Positions 12,365 to 23,812 of a stretch of DNA of 64,000 bases are shown here, piece by piece. A model generated the notes under the pieces. The model did no database searches. It was not told the DNA's origin and saw nothing but the letters and a program-made list of their open reading frames with translations. Within the stretch, counting starts at the first letter, position 1. The number at the start of each line of letters is the position of its first letter. Origin of the DNA: Takakia lepidozioides (lineage: Eukaryota; Plantae; Bryophyta). The stretch spans positions 55,428,001 through 55,492,000 of the forward strand of contig CM060731.1 of NCBI GenBank assembly GCA_030704615.1, given 5' to 3'. The translations under genes were made by a program, and so were the position numbers.

Positions 12365-13800
12365 ATGCGAATGCGGCGCCGCATTTCCGTTAAGTACCAT
12401 CACGAAGCTACACATCCGTGCTTGTTGGAAGAAAATACGGCACCGCATTTCCGTCCCACAGCTCCATGTATGAGATACAAAAGGGAAATGCGGCGCCGCA
12501 TTTCTGTTCAGGAATGTCGAAACGTGCGATCCGGACGGAAATGCGGCACATCATTTCAGTTCCCGTGGTTCATGATTTTCAATCTGAACGGAAATGCGGT
12601 ACCGCATTTCCGTTCCCCCTTCACATACCTTAGTTCATGAACGGAAATGCCGTGCCACATTTCCGTTCGGGAAAGTATAAAGGTCTCACCTGAACGGAAA
12701 TGCGGTGCCGCATTTCCGTCCCACAGCTCCAGGCCTCAGATACAAAACGGAAATGCGGCGCCGCATTTACGTTCTAGAATGTCGGAAGTTGCGACGCATT
12801 TCTGTTCCCGCTGTGAACGATTTTCAGTCAGAACGGAAATGCGGTACCGCATTTCCGTTCTGTAGAGTATTAAGGTCTGACCCTGGCGGAAATGCGGCGC
12901 CGCATTTCCGTTTTGGAATGTCAGAAGGTGCGACTCCGACGGAAATGCTGTACCGCATTTCAGTTCCGATGTTTCACGATTTTTCATAAGAACGGAAATG
13001 CGGTGCCGCATTTCCGTTCTGGAGAGTATGAAGGTCTCACCCGGGCAAAAATGCGGTGCCGCATTTCCGTTCTAGCTTGTGAGGGAGGTGCGACTCGGAT
13101 GGAAATGCGCTGCCGCATTTCAGTTCCGATGGTTCACGATTATCAGTCAGAACGGAAATGCGGTACCGCATTTCTGTTCTGGATAGTATGAATGTCTCAA
13201 GCGGTCGGAATTGCACTCTGCTCCATGCATCAGATACAAAACGGAAATGCGGCGCCGCATTTCCGTTCTGGAATGTCGGAAAGTGCGACTCGGACGGAAA
13301 TGCGGTGCCGCATTTCTGTTCCCGTTGTTCATAATTCTCAGTCAGAACGGAAATGCGGTACCGCATTTCCGTTCCACCTTCACATACCGTGCTTGCTGGA
13401 TGGAAATGCGTTACCGCATTTCCGTTCTGGAGAGTATGAAGGTCTCACCCGGGCGGAAATGCGGTGCCGCATTTCCGTTCTGGAATGTCGGAAAGTGCGA
13501 TTCGGACGGAAATGCGGTGCCGCATTTCTGTTCCCGTTGTTCTTGATTCTCAATCAGAACGGAAATGCGGTACCGCATTTCCGTTCCACCTTCTCATACC
13601 GTGCTTGCTGGATGGAAATGCGTTACCGCATTTCCGTTCTGGAGAGTGTAAAGGTTTCCCTCGGACGGAAACTCGGTGCCGCATTTCCGTCGCTCTGGTG
13701 CATGACGAAGATGCAATACGGAAATGCGGCGCCGTATTTCCGTCCAGGAGCAATCGAAAGAATCACTCCGGACGGAAATCTGAAACCCCATTTCCGCATG
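12365..13800. repeat. Tandem array, ~53-bp period, ~27 units, each with the palindrome GGAAATGCGGYRCCGCATTTCC
   Basis: Palindromes at about 12484, 12537, 12589, 12696, 12749 ... 13296, 13349, 13402, 13455, 13508, 13561, 13614, 13667, 13720. Spacer types recur with a 212-bp higher-order period. Confidence 0.92.
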
Positions 13801-13895
13801 CTGAACCTGAATGGGTTGCATTGTTCCGAAACGACAGAATTGCGGCCAGTCTTGATGAGCACAACTTGGTTGTCTGACCGTTTTAACTAAAAGTC

Positions 13896-15042
13896 ATGGC
13901 TCTTGTCAGTGCGAACGCTCCTGTCTGTACCGAAAATACTGCTGGATCCACCCTCAGGAGAAACTTTCAGGAGATGTTATTTCGTCGCCGATTCGGCCAT
14001 CATTGTCTAACTTACCAGCTATGGAATCACACCTCCCACCTTCATGCATGTAGCTTGAAACTATACTTTCCACTTCAATGTGCGACTTCCAATCGTCGAT
14101 GGACTCCGCATGGTGCCTGTGAGCCTTCGTCTGTCGCTATACTGAACCTTGCACTTGCCAACTTCATGCGGTATTCGATGACTCCGAATTCCTACGCTAT
14201 AGTTTGCTGTCCTCCGCAACTTGGGAGAGACTGGATCCCAAACGAGGGAGGACTTTGCAGAGTGACTGAAACTTATCTTTGTTCCAAATTCAAGCTCAAA
14301 CCGGGCACAGTTTATTTGGAAGAAGAAAGGAAGGATGTTCCTGGACAGGTTGACGAGACCATTGTCGTGCTAGGTAACGACGGAGGTTGCGGAATCGAAT
14401 GGCACGTACCCCCATCAGACACCATCCTGTACCGAGCTGTGGGAATGCCCATTCCCTTTCCGAATCAGTCGCTGCCCACACCATCCACAAAGGAGTCCGG
14501 AAACCGACAGGCGGCCACTGCCAACAGAGAGGTATGCAACGATAATCATTCCCGACCTGGACCGTCAAGACCCTCCATAGCTTCTCGTGTGGACGTATTC
14601 GACATTTCCGACGATGAAGATGAGTGCATTGAGGTCCCCATGTCCTCCACACGGTCGTTCAAATCCGAGATGGACGTCTCTGTAGGTGCTACGCATGTAC
14701 TCTCGAGCATAACTCCAACCCGGTCCATTGTGCAGCTCCTACGGCAACATCACCTCGATGGTTCTCGATCCGAGGTGGCTGCTCTTGACTATGCCAAATT
14801 TCCGGTCAGGAAGGTAAAATATCTGCCTCCCAAAGTCGATGGCAATGTCATCTTCGAGTTTCCACCTGTTACTTCCTCAAACAAGGCCTCAGGGATGTTA
14901 ACAGACATGGATCGAAAGCATGACGAACACCCCTGGTGTGTGACGAAGATCAGTAGCACGAAAATTGCTGATGGTGTTCGTGTACGATACGTCCTCTGTG
15001 CGGGGAAGCTGAGGTGCCTGAATCCCGCCTGCTTCCACTTTC
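13896..15042 (+). mobile_element. MULE family 1, copy 3 (5' part, up to the GCM-like domain)
   Basis: 14019-15042 aligns with 1-1032. It ends in ..RYVLCAGKLRCLNPACFHF, then unit A1 follows. Confidence 0.8.
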
Positions 15043-15449
15043 TTAGATCATTGCATTGTTATGTGCTTTGTGTCTATACGGCATGCTATAAACTCCCTCT
15101 CGAGTAGTGCATGTGACATCTGCATCTAAGTTGTTCCTAGTGTGTCCATTCTTTTGCAAAACAGAGGTAGGGTTCTTATTCTCCTGTGCATCCAGTGAAA
15201 TAGTTCTCATACGCACATTTTGTCTCTTGCATAGGTTTGCAGTTGCATTTCAGGACACCTCGCATACTTCTATTCTACTGTCTCTCAGGATCTCTCCTTT
15301 CAGGTTTGATTCACAGGATCTGAAATTTTTCCAGGGGTGCATAACTGGCCCCCCCTAAAACTTGTTTGCCTGGATCGTGTTTATCTTGCACCCGGTGCAT
15401 CCGCATTGTACTGCTACACTTGTTTTGACGCTTTATGTGAGCCCTAAAC
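15043..15449 (+). mobile_element. Unit A1, 5'-truncated copy ending in a telomeric tract
   Basis: Matches 5340-5749. Confidence 0.75.
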
Positions 15450-15517
15450 CCGAAACCCCTAAACCCTAAACCCTAAAACCCTAAAAAACCGTAAACCCTA
15501 AACCCTAAACCCTAAAC
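15442..15517 (-). repeat. Interstitial telomeric tract, (CCCTAAA)n on +, with variants
   Basis: ccctaaacccgaaacccctaaaccctaaaccctaaaaccctaaa... Confidence 0.95.
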
Positions 15518-15680
15518 TTGTGAGGCTATCCAAAGTCTTTTATCTTGGAATGTTTTGTGCTTTGTGACTATGCACAACGTGCTACACTATTGACGGGCAA
15601 GCGGGCCCTCTTGGTTCTGAAACTTGAGCATTCGCATTATACTCAAGCTCTAAGCTTTGAGGGTGTTCTAAACCCTAAAC

Positions 15681-16658
15681 TTCATGAGGGCTTTTTGAAA
15701 TTTCCTAGTTAGCGTCCTTTGACAGACCTATGGTATGTTGGAAGAGGGCACGGAACTTGCGTTCCTATCTAGTTCGTGCTATGTTACAAATCTAGAGGCT
15801 AGTTGTATTTGAGATATGCAGTTAGCTTCTAGTTTGGATGATTATCCATTTTGGAGAGATCATTAGGATGTTTTATATCTAGATTTTCATGCGTTGGATA
15901 TTTCTCCGCTGCCGAGAAAACTTTGGATGTTTTTCATCTAAGTTTTCATGTGTTGGACGATCTCTCCAGCCAAGACAATTTTGGATGTTTTCCATCCATT
16001 AGGTATTTTCCCTCCCCCCCCGAGACAAGTTCACTTTCCGCAGTATATAAGCGGGGTGAGGGGTACATATTGTATCTCTTTTCCTTCTCTTTCCCACTGA
16101 TGAGCTCAAGCGCTGAGCGAAACTAGTTTGGGGATTATAGAGATTCGCTTTGCTGCATCTTGTGTTCTTGTCTCTTTGTCTCATTGGCGGCGTTGTTGTT
16201 GTTGTTGAGATTTGATCTTCTGCATAGTTCATCGCATTCATTTGTTTTGTGTCTATTGTAGTGCATGTTTTAAACTCTTTTTCGAGTGTTAGATCTCCTT
16301 CTAAGACTGTTCTTTAGTGTGTCTATTCTCTTTCTTAGAGATAGGTTACTATTCTCATGTCCTTACAGTGAATTAGTTTCATCACACACACTTGCCTCTT
16401 GCATATCTTTGCATTTGCACTTTAGAACGTTGCAACATCACTCCCACTCTGTTCTATTCTAGTTTTCTGTGTCTCAGGATCGATTCTTTTAGTTTTGATT
16501 CACAGGCTAGATATTTCTACAAGTTTTCTAAGGTGTCCATAACTGGCCCCCCTAAAAACTTGTTTGCACTTTGCTACTAATGCACTCGGTGCATTCGCGG
16601 CTCGAACTCTGTTGCACTGCTACATGTATATGTTTCCACTCTTTTGTAGACCCTAAAC
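15681..16658 (+). mobile_element. Non-coding unit A2 (diverged relative of A1) with TATA box, hammerhead and telomeric 3' end
   Basis: Colinear similarity to A1 (tagttgtatttgaga, tgtctcaggat, gattcacagg, cataactggcccccctaaaa). TATATAA at 16044-16050. Ends gtagaccctaaa. The 5' boundary is approximate. Confidence 0.7.
16091..16134 (+). ncRNA. Minimal type I hammerhead ribozyme (unit A2)
   Basis: ttccca-CTGATGA-GCTCA agcgc TGAGC-GAAA-C ta GTT-tgggga. Stems I and II pair; stem III is the palindrome ACTAGT. Confidence 0.85.
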
Positions 16659-16758
16659 CCATAAACCCCAAACCCTAAACCCTAAACCGGTGCATCCGCG
16701 TTGTACTGCTACACTTGTTTTCACGCTTTATGTGAACCCTAAACCCTAAACCCTAAAC
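16651..16758 (-). repeat. Two telomeric tracts flanking a ~50-bp 3'-terminal piece of unit A1
   Basis: CCCTAAA tracts at 16651-16688 and 16735-16758 enclose ggtgcatccgcgttgtactgc...tatgtga. Confidence 0.9.
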
Positions 16759-17168
16759 TTGAAGGTGGGGCATATAAGTTTTCCAACTTAGGGGTTGAGA
16801 CTTGACCCTATGTTTGTGAGTGCCTTGAGCGCATGCTTGCCCATAGTGAGCAAGATTTTTGTCGCTAAACAAAGAGAAGCAAACATAAAAAAGCTTACGG
16901 TTGGAGCGAAAGTGCCTCATTCTTCAATTAGAGAACTTTATCTCGTGAGGGCGGGAGTCATTGCATAAGACATAATAGTCTTATAGCATCCCTTTAGGCA
17001 CGATAGGCGCACTTTGTATGCATTTGTCTTGGTTTCCATTGCATTTGTATTTGGGTCCGAACCGGCCCCCCTTAAAATTTACTGTGTCTTTTTCCAGTAT
17101 TTTTTCTACTTTTTGTTACCTTTGCAAGCCTTTCTTGACCACCCTAAACCCTAAAAATCCTAAACCCT
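16759..17168 (+). mobile_element. Unit B 3' part plus telomeric tract
   Basis: Matches 39196-39434 and the reverse of 37283-37665. Ends ttgaccaccctaaaccctaaaaatcctaaaccct. Confidence 0.8.
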
Positions 17169-17378
17169 TCTAGTTTCCTGTCTCTCAGGATCTCTCCTTT
17201 TCAGGTTTGATTCACAAGATCTGAAATTTTTCCGGGGGTGCATAACTGACCCCCCTAAAACTTGTTAGCCCGGATCGTGTTTATCTTGCACCTGGTGCAT
17301 CCGCGTTGTACTGCTACACTTGTTTTGACGCTTTATATGAACCCTAAACTTTCTTACAGTGTTAGCTGCAACACATCA
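17168..17378 (+). mobile_element. Unit A1 3' fragment
   Basis: Matches 5568-5778. Confidence 0.75.
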
Positions 17379-18259
17379 TCGAAATTCGTTCAATGGGCCA
17401 ACGGATGGTTGCCCATCCAAATGATTTTCGTTCGCTTTGAAACTTGGCCAGGGTGTTCAATGTACCCTCTGATACGTCCCAGTGTAATACGAGATCAATC
17501 GAAAAATCGTTCGATTGTCCAATGAGGCGTTCACTTGTCATCTGGTTTTTGTTCAATGCGAAAAAGAAATCTTGCAATGCGTGCACGACTATTGCACCCA
17601 TTGAACGGATGTGGTTGAAGCCCCTCTTTTGCCCGTATGTGTGCGACACATGTGCGAAGACACAACAGACGAATAAATCATTTGTCTCCCCATCGACGCA
17701 AGCCATTCCACAATTTAATTGAATTTAAATTTATTTTAAGCCAATAAATAGGTTTGCGCTGCCTTTCAGTGGGGGTTTCTGGCACGTATCGATTTTGTTT
17801 TTGGCTCAATTTTGTTCTGCGGCTTCCAGCATCCCACGACTACTCCCCCGCCAAAATTTGGACCAATAAAAAATGCCCCAAAAAAAAAGTGTTCTCTTCG
17901 CTCACTATTGCGAAACTCTCTATGAAGAGTGCATGAAGTAAAACACAAATCAAGTTTGGAGTGCAAAATAGGGAAGAAACTGTGGTTTTGGGTCCAAATG
18001 AATTTTGATCGCTCCCAAATTTGGCACGCACGTTGCATATGGCTACATTACACGCCCCATTCAAAAACGGAATGAAAAAAAAGTCACGAGCACACGAAAC
18101 ACAGTCCAACAGGTCCCAAAGCAATAGCAGCTCCAACAGAATACATTCAACGGGTGAACGGATGGTTGCCCATCCAAATCATTTTTGTTAGCTTCCAAAC
18201 TTTGCCAGCACGTTCCAAACATCCTCTCACAGGTCTCGGACTAATATCAGATCACTATG

Positions 18260-19648
18260 TAGAACATATCCATTGAAGAAATGGCGGACATGCCATCTTG
18301 CAATTTGACAGAGACTGTGCACAACGCATGGTTGCAACAGTCTGGGAAACGCGGTCGGGATTTGTATGTGGCAACAACAGATGATCTGATACGTGCCTTG
18401 CAACAACAAACCAGATACCGAGATTTCTTGCGAGGTGGGGTTGGTGGCAAAGGTCCGGACAAACTGGAGTTGATGTTGCGTGCTGCAAATAGATCTGGGG
18501 ATCCAAGCAAGATAGCACGGGCGGTGAGCATGTATGCCCAGGGAACGCCACTTGTTTCAAGAGTTCCACATCTTGAAGGGGAGGAGAGATTCGGCTACTG
18601 TAAGAGGAAATTGAACACCCAACCTGGTTCGGAATCCGATTCGCACAGGGCAGACCGTGATAACTTCTCGAAGCCTCGTGTTCCCCTGTATGACAAATCC
18701 ATTTCCGGAATCTCCATTGTGGAGGAACCTCCGACACGACGGCAGGCTCTAGCATCAAACAATACCACTGAAATGGTGCAGGAGAGAAACTACCCCCTTC
18801 ATGTGCTGAAGTCCGCATGCCCTGACCACGTTTGGCACATAAAACACACAAATGCAGGGTCTCGTGTAAAATGTACAGCAATCAGGGCAACTAATTTCGA
18901 GAAATGTACTTCATCTATATCCAGGGGCGGTGCCCGGACTCCTGCTCCTACTTTCACGGGTTTGATGCGTCCATACGGCCAACCAGAAGCCAAGAACCAC
19001 AAGTTCTGGTTTTGCGCAGACGATTGTGGTAGATGTGTGCATGGAACTGTGCGACCTTCCGTGGTGATGAAGCCAGCTCCTCCAACCATTTGGCCCGTCA
19101 AGATGGGAACACATCTCACAAGTCAGGAGATTGCAATGGTGGAGGAGGTAGGCTTTTCCCTTGCGAGACAACCCCAACTGCATGCATGTGCTTCTACTTC
19201 TGCGTCCTCTCGGGTCCCTCCGACAAATCCTGACTTGTGGCCAACCAAACGAGATGGAAAGCTGGTTTGGCGTTTCCCTCCAACCGCTGAACATTTCGGC
19301 AAAGTGGAGTCCGCAAGAATGCTCCAAGCTCGTGTTGCAAGCACCACGGAAGTACCCGATTCAGGGTATGGTTGGGTGTACACAATGATCACTTCGACAT
19401 TTGCTGTTCATGACAGGGCCTATGACGTCACGGTTTCCAATTTCCCCAATTGCACATGTCCTGATTTTGTGAATATGCTATTAACCAGTTTGGGCAAGAG
19501 AGGAAAAATTCATACCTTGCAAACATTTGTATTACATATTTTTGAAGAGGATGGTTTGCGATCCCAAGCGTGACAATTTCGTTCACCAGGCCACGCTGAG
19601 TTTCAACGAGGTCGATAATCTGTTGCAGCGGGATTCAACACATAGGTA
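18260..19648 (+). mobile_element. MULE family 2 transposase, C-terminal half with SWIM finger
   Basis: DMPSCNLTETVHNAW..DLYVATTDDLIRA..GPD..LMLRAA is paralogous to 3202-3561. SWIM CTCPDF..(frameshift ~19505)..PCKHLYYIF. Confidence 0.78.
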
Positions 19649-21047
19649 GCATCAACTATCACTTCGTGTATCTGGAATGTGATGAATGTGCAATCTGGAA
19701 TGTGCAATCTGAAATGTGCTTTTTATGGACTATGAGTATGCAATCTGGTGTGTGGACAACCATGCTATGAACTGTGCAATTTGCAACATTGTCATGGACA
19801 TTCAATTCAATTCAATTCATTTGCAATATCGTAGCTGGTGCAATGATATGGCATCCCTTATCCCTCCATTATGCTTCGAACTATACTCAGTGAGGTCTCA
19901 GTGGCAACTTTTAAAAGCACATGCATCATTGCTCCTTTTGAAGTCTACATGTTCTCCTGTCGTTATGCACTACAATCATCTTTTATTCAGGTAATGATTC
20001 TTTGCATTAATCCCATGGTCATAGGACCATCCTCGGTTATAGGCGCCGCATGTTCATGTTGACGTGACAGATGGGGATACAGTGCCACGTCAGCATTTGC
20101 CGCCATGTCAACCTGATGACATCACGCTCACGCCACGTCAGCGTGGGTGCACGCTCACGCCACGTCACTCCTGCGTGAGCACGCGCTCACGTGCTCACGC
20201 CATTGCGTCGTTGTCCCCTGGCCAAGGTATGATCATCATCGAGGATCAAATCGCCTTACTGCATCAACTATTACTTGCGACCGCTCATGATGCCGTTTTT
20301 TGGCATCACTTTGAGGTACATACCAGATCAGCATAAACACTTGAGCCTTTAAGAATGAGTTGAAGGTGTTGCAATTCCAAGAGCCCAGCCTGATAATGTA
20401 GACCAGTCATCATGCTATTTCTATGTTCCATGAATGCACAAAAGGTCTGGATCTGGTTTTCCAATCATCTCTCCAAAACTCAATCAGAGTGGAGTGCTAC
20501 AATGAGCATAATCATAACTTTATAGACAACACCAGCTCAAAGGGTATTCCAAAAGGCTAGTTCGATAAGTTAAGCCAGCCCCTATGTATTTTGAAAAAGC
20601 CCAACAAGACCACTGCTTGGTATTCTTCCAAGTCAAGTACAACTTGGTACTTTCCAAGTTAACATAGTAAAACTGAACCTGTTTCAAATTCAAAGGATGG
20701 TTCCAATGGCATCGCTTGGCAACCTTAAACAGGTGTTATGTAATCTGAAAAGCCCATCACGCCAGCTGCTTGGTAATCTCTAAGTTAAAACAGTGTAACC
20801 GGGGCTATTTTAAATTTAGAACTCTGACCTCAATGGTCAAAAAGGACCGTTTGGTACTTACCGTGTTAAATCAGCATGAGAAGGCCTATCTTAAGCATCA
20901 TTGGATAGCCTTATAAGGTCTGGAGATGGTACTCCAGCACTTAGTCAATGGTCCAAATTAATTGTTGGAACCCTTTGACTTTAACATCAACACTAGGGCT
21001 ATCAAAGAGGCAAAATTAATAATGCTAGGGACATTTGCACTACAAAA

Positions 21048-22900
21048 TCATCCTATCATTCTAGATTTAACTAGGAATGAACTCAGCTTTCGCGGATTCC
21101 TCCAACAAATCATCGCTCGAGGAAGAAACCGAAGCTCTGGGACTTGCTGAAGCAACTCGTGGAGTCTAGGGTTTAGGGTGGCCCCCAAGTTCAAGGCTCG
21201 AGTGTACGAAGAGTAGTCGAGCTTAAGAACAAGGGGGGCCCGTTTACCCTCAACTGCGCGTTGCGTCTGTTGGTCGAGTAGAGCGGATCTGAGGTCGTAG
21301 GAGATCTTGGTGAAGCAACTCCGGATGATCGCCGCCGGATAACCTCGGGCTCGAAGACGTTTGTAAAACAAAAGTCGCAAATGGTTGAACCCTTGGATGG
21401 TGCTTTCTCGTATTACGTACCGTTGGAGCTCGCCGATGATGAAAGCTTTCTTTTGGTGATGTGGATGCCACGAGGACCAAGGCAAGTATTGATACTTGCT
21501 ATGGGCCTTTTGATGACATCTAGTAGAGAGCCGTCGAGTTTGGATGAAGTCGTCTCCTTTGAGGAAGGTGATATCCAAGATGTCGGCGGACGTCGGGCTT
21601 ATGGCGGTCGTGATTTTGATGCCATCGAACATGGAACCGTAGTTCCGTAACCAGGACCGGAGTCTCTTTTCGGAGCCTACCCAGATGCCAAAGCCGTCGT
21701 CGATATAGCGCTTAAGATAAAGCAGCTCTTGCTCCGATGGGCACACGTACTCCATGTACATCTCCAACCGACAGAGGAACAAACAAGCGTAAACAATTGC
21801 AAAGTTGTTCCCCATGGCCGTCCCGCGAATTTGGTGCCAAAAACTACCATTGAACTCAAGGTAATGGTGTTTCAAGACTAATCTAGCGAGGGTCATGATC
21901 AGGTCTTTTTTGTGTTTGGTGAAATTACCTCCAATAGCACATTCGAGCTCATACAAGCCGAGCTCGGTGATGATGCTGGGATATAGAGATTCCACGTCAA
22001 ACGTAAAAAGAAGAGCATGCGAGGGGACCTCGAGTTGGGAAACCTCTCGAAGAAGCGTGAGAGAATCAACCAAATGAGTGGGTTCCTTGAGAAGTACCGG
22101 AAGGAGTTGGTGATGGAGCCAAATTGAAGCATGCTCGAAGATGTAGTTGTTGTAGGAACAAATGGGTCTTCCAACAAGCACGGGTTTGTGCACCTTCGGA
22201 ATGAAGTACAAAGCACAAGCTCGAAAGTCCATGGACGACCGAGGGCGTTGGCAGATGTAATTCCATTATTTGGTGGAGATCGCAAACCTGTAGATTGGAT
22301 GGCAAGCTAGCACCTCCAACCTCGACCAAAGTTCTTCCCACGGTACGGAATCCACGGGACGATAAACTTCGGTGTCTGAGAGTTGCCGCATCGCCTCTTG
22401 CATGTACCAAGACTTGTCCATAAGCACAAGACCAAGATTTTTGTCGGCCGGCTTGATGACAAGGTCCGGATCCGACCTCAATCTTTTGAGAGCAAGTCTC
22501 AAGTGTCTCGGCAGACAAGGTCGTGCATTGCGGGCGATTCGATCCAAACGGCTAGACAAAAGATCATTACCTTCTCGAATGATGGCCTCGAGCGGTTGAG
22601 ATTCCACTGGCGGATTGAATGATGGATTCGGAACGCGCCAAAGAGGAACCTCGTCGTTGTCTTTGCCGGAGAAGAACGTTTGCAACCTCAAGCTTCGAGC
22701 AAAATTGTTGAATTCGGTGATGATTGAAGATCGGGAAGGGGGAAGAGGACGAGGAATGTAATTGAGACCAAGGCCCAGGAGTTGTCGCTCCGCAAAGGAG
22801 AGAACCCTCTTGCTATAGTTGTGGATAGCAGTGTTGGTGACCCTGCATTCCACTTGGGAGGGAGTCTTCCTAGTAAAGAGCAACAAAGCGTAAGCCTTCG
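21048..22900 (-). CDS. Penelope-like element reverse transcriptase, no GIY-YIG endonuclease; one in-frame stop at 22266-22268
   Basis: LGLGLNYIP, IKPADKNLGLVLMD, YFIPKVHK, GRPICS, TFDVESLYPSI, QIRGTAMG, RYIDD, thumb HQK..YQYLPWSSWHP..K..GEL.RY, RARGYP. ORFs 22266-22886 and 21048-22232 share a frame. Ends LVKSRMIG* without an endonuclease. Confidence 0.92.
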
Positions 22901-22903
22901 GGT

Positions 22904-23735
22904 CTACAAGCGGGTACTAGAAGAGACTCCTCGTGCACCCCCGCGTTTGTGAGGAGGTACGTATGGCCGCTTCGTCGTCGTCGTCGTCGTCGCACCCTTC
23001 GTCGTGGCCGGTTTTCCGTTGACCCTCGCTGAAGGTTTTCGGCCTCCCGTACCAGAACCGGTTGTGCGGTTCGGGCCTGACCTCTTGTTGAAAGAGGTAG
23101 GTGACGCAGCAGAACGGGTGGAGACCCGGATACCTTTCTGCTGCTTGCCGTTTCCCGACTTTCCGCCAGGATTCGCCTTAGGCTTACTAGCCGGTTTGGT
23201 CCCAAGCTTCTGGGCCTTAGGTTTCACCTGGATGGAATTCACCACCTTCTTCACCTCCTTGAGTGCTTCCTTGATCACCTCGCGTTTCACGAGGGTAGCA
23301 ATGGACGGTTCCACAGGGAGGGTCTCCGCTTCTTCCATAGCACCTTCCCGAGCAACGTTGCGAGCGGCGATAGCTGCGGCCTTGCTGACGTCGGAAAGTT
23401 GTTTGTGAATGAGAAATGCATCTACTTGAGTAACAAAGAGATTGCTAAGATGAAGATGCCACGACTCGATGGAAGACTTAGACTTGTCACCTATCAAATT
23501 TCGGCCACTGGCATTGCACAGTGTAAGCTCGGGTGGCCCTCTAGATACCCGCACAACACTGGCGACGGGGTTTGTACTCCTCAGAAGACGGCCCTTCACA
23601 GCAGTACTTGGTGGTTCAACATTTGTTTGCGCCTTCACAAATCGTGCCTCTGGTTGCCCCAACACGGTGATAATCTCGACAAAGCTGCTATGCTCCAGCA
23701 ACACACCAACATGCCATGGGAGCAGAGGCTCAATG
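22904..23735 (-). CDS. Probable ORF1 of the Penelope-like element (helical segment, then basic K/R/G/T-rich tail)
   Basis: Co-oriented ORF ending ~17 nt before the first in-frame TTG of the RT. Contains SIATLVKREVIKEALKEVKK followed by a basic tail. The true start is uncertain; the annotated N-terminus runs through a G/C-run tract. Confidence 0.6.
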
Positions 23736-23812
23736 GAGTGGAGGGGGAGCGGGCGGGGGCCCGGGCTGGGTGCGGGGCGGAGGGGGTGGGGGTGGGGCCG
23801 GGGGGTGGGGAT
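23735..23812 (+). other. G-run tract, potential G-quadruplex
   Basis: About ten runs of 3 or more G in ~75 bp. Confidence 0.6.

Noticed and set aside
12365-13800. CRISPR array (palindromic repeats with ~30-nt spacers)
   Set aside because: Spacers recur in a four-unit higher-order repeat, no cas genes are present, and the context is eukaryotic.
12188-13890. Many overlapping ORFs (NGNAAPHFR / EMRCRISV / RKCGAAF)
   Set aside because: These are translations of the stop-poor palindromic repeat on both strands.
17385-18245. ~100-bp direct repeats (17385, 18143) as LTRs of a small element
   Set aside because: They are diverged and lack TG..CA ends, a PBS or a PPT.
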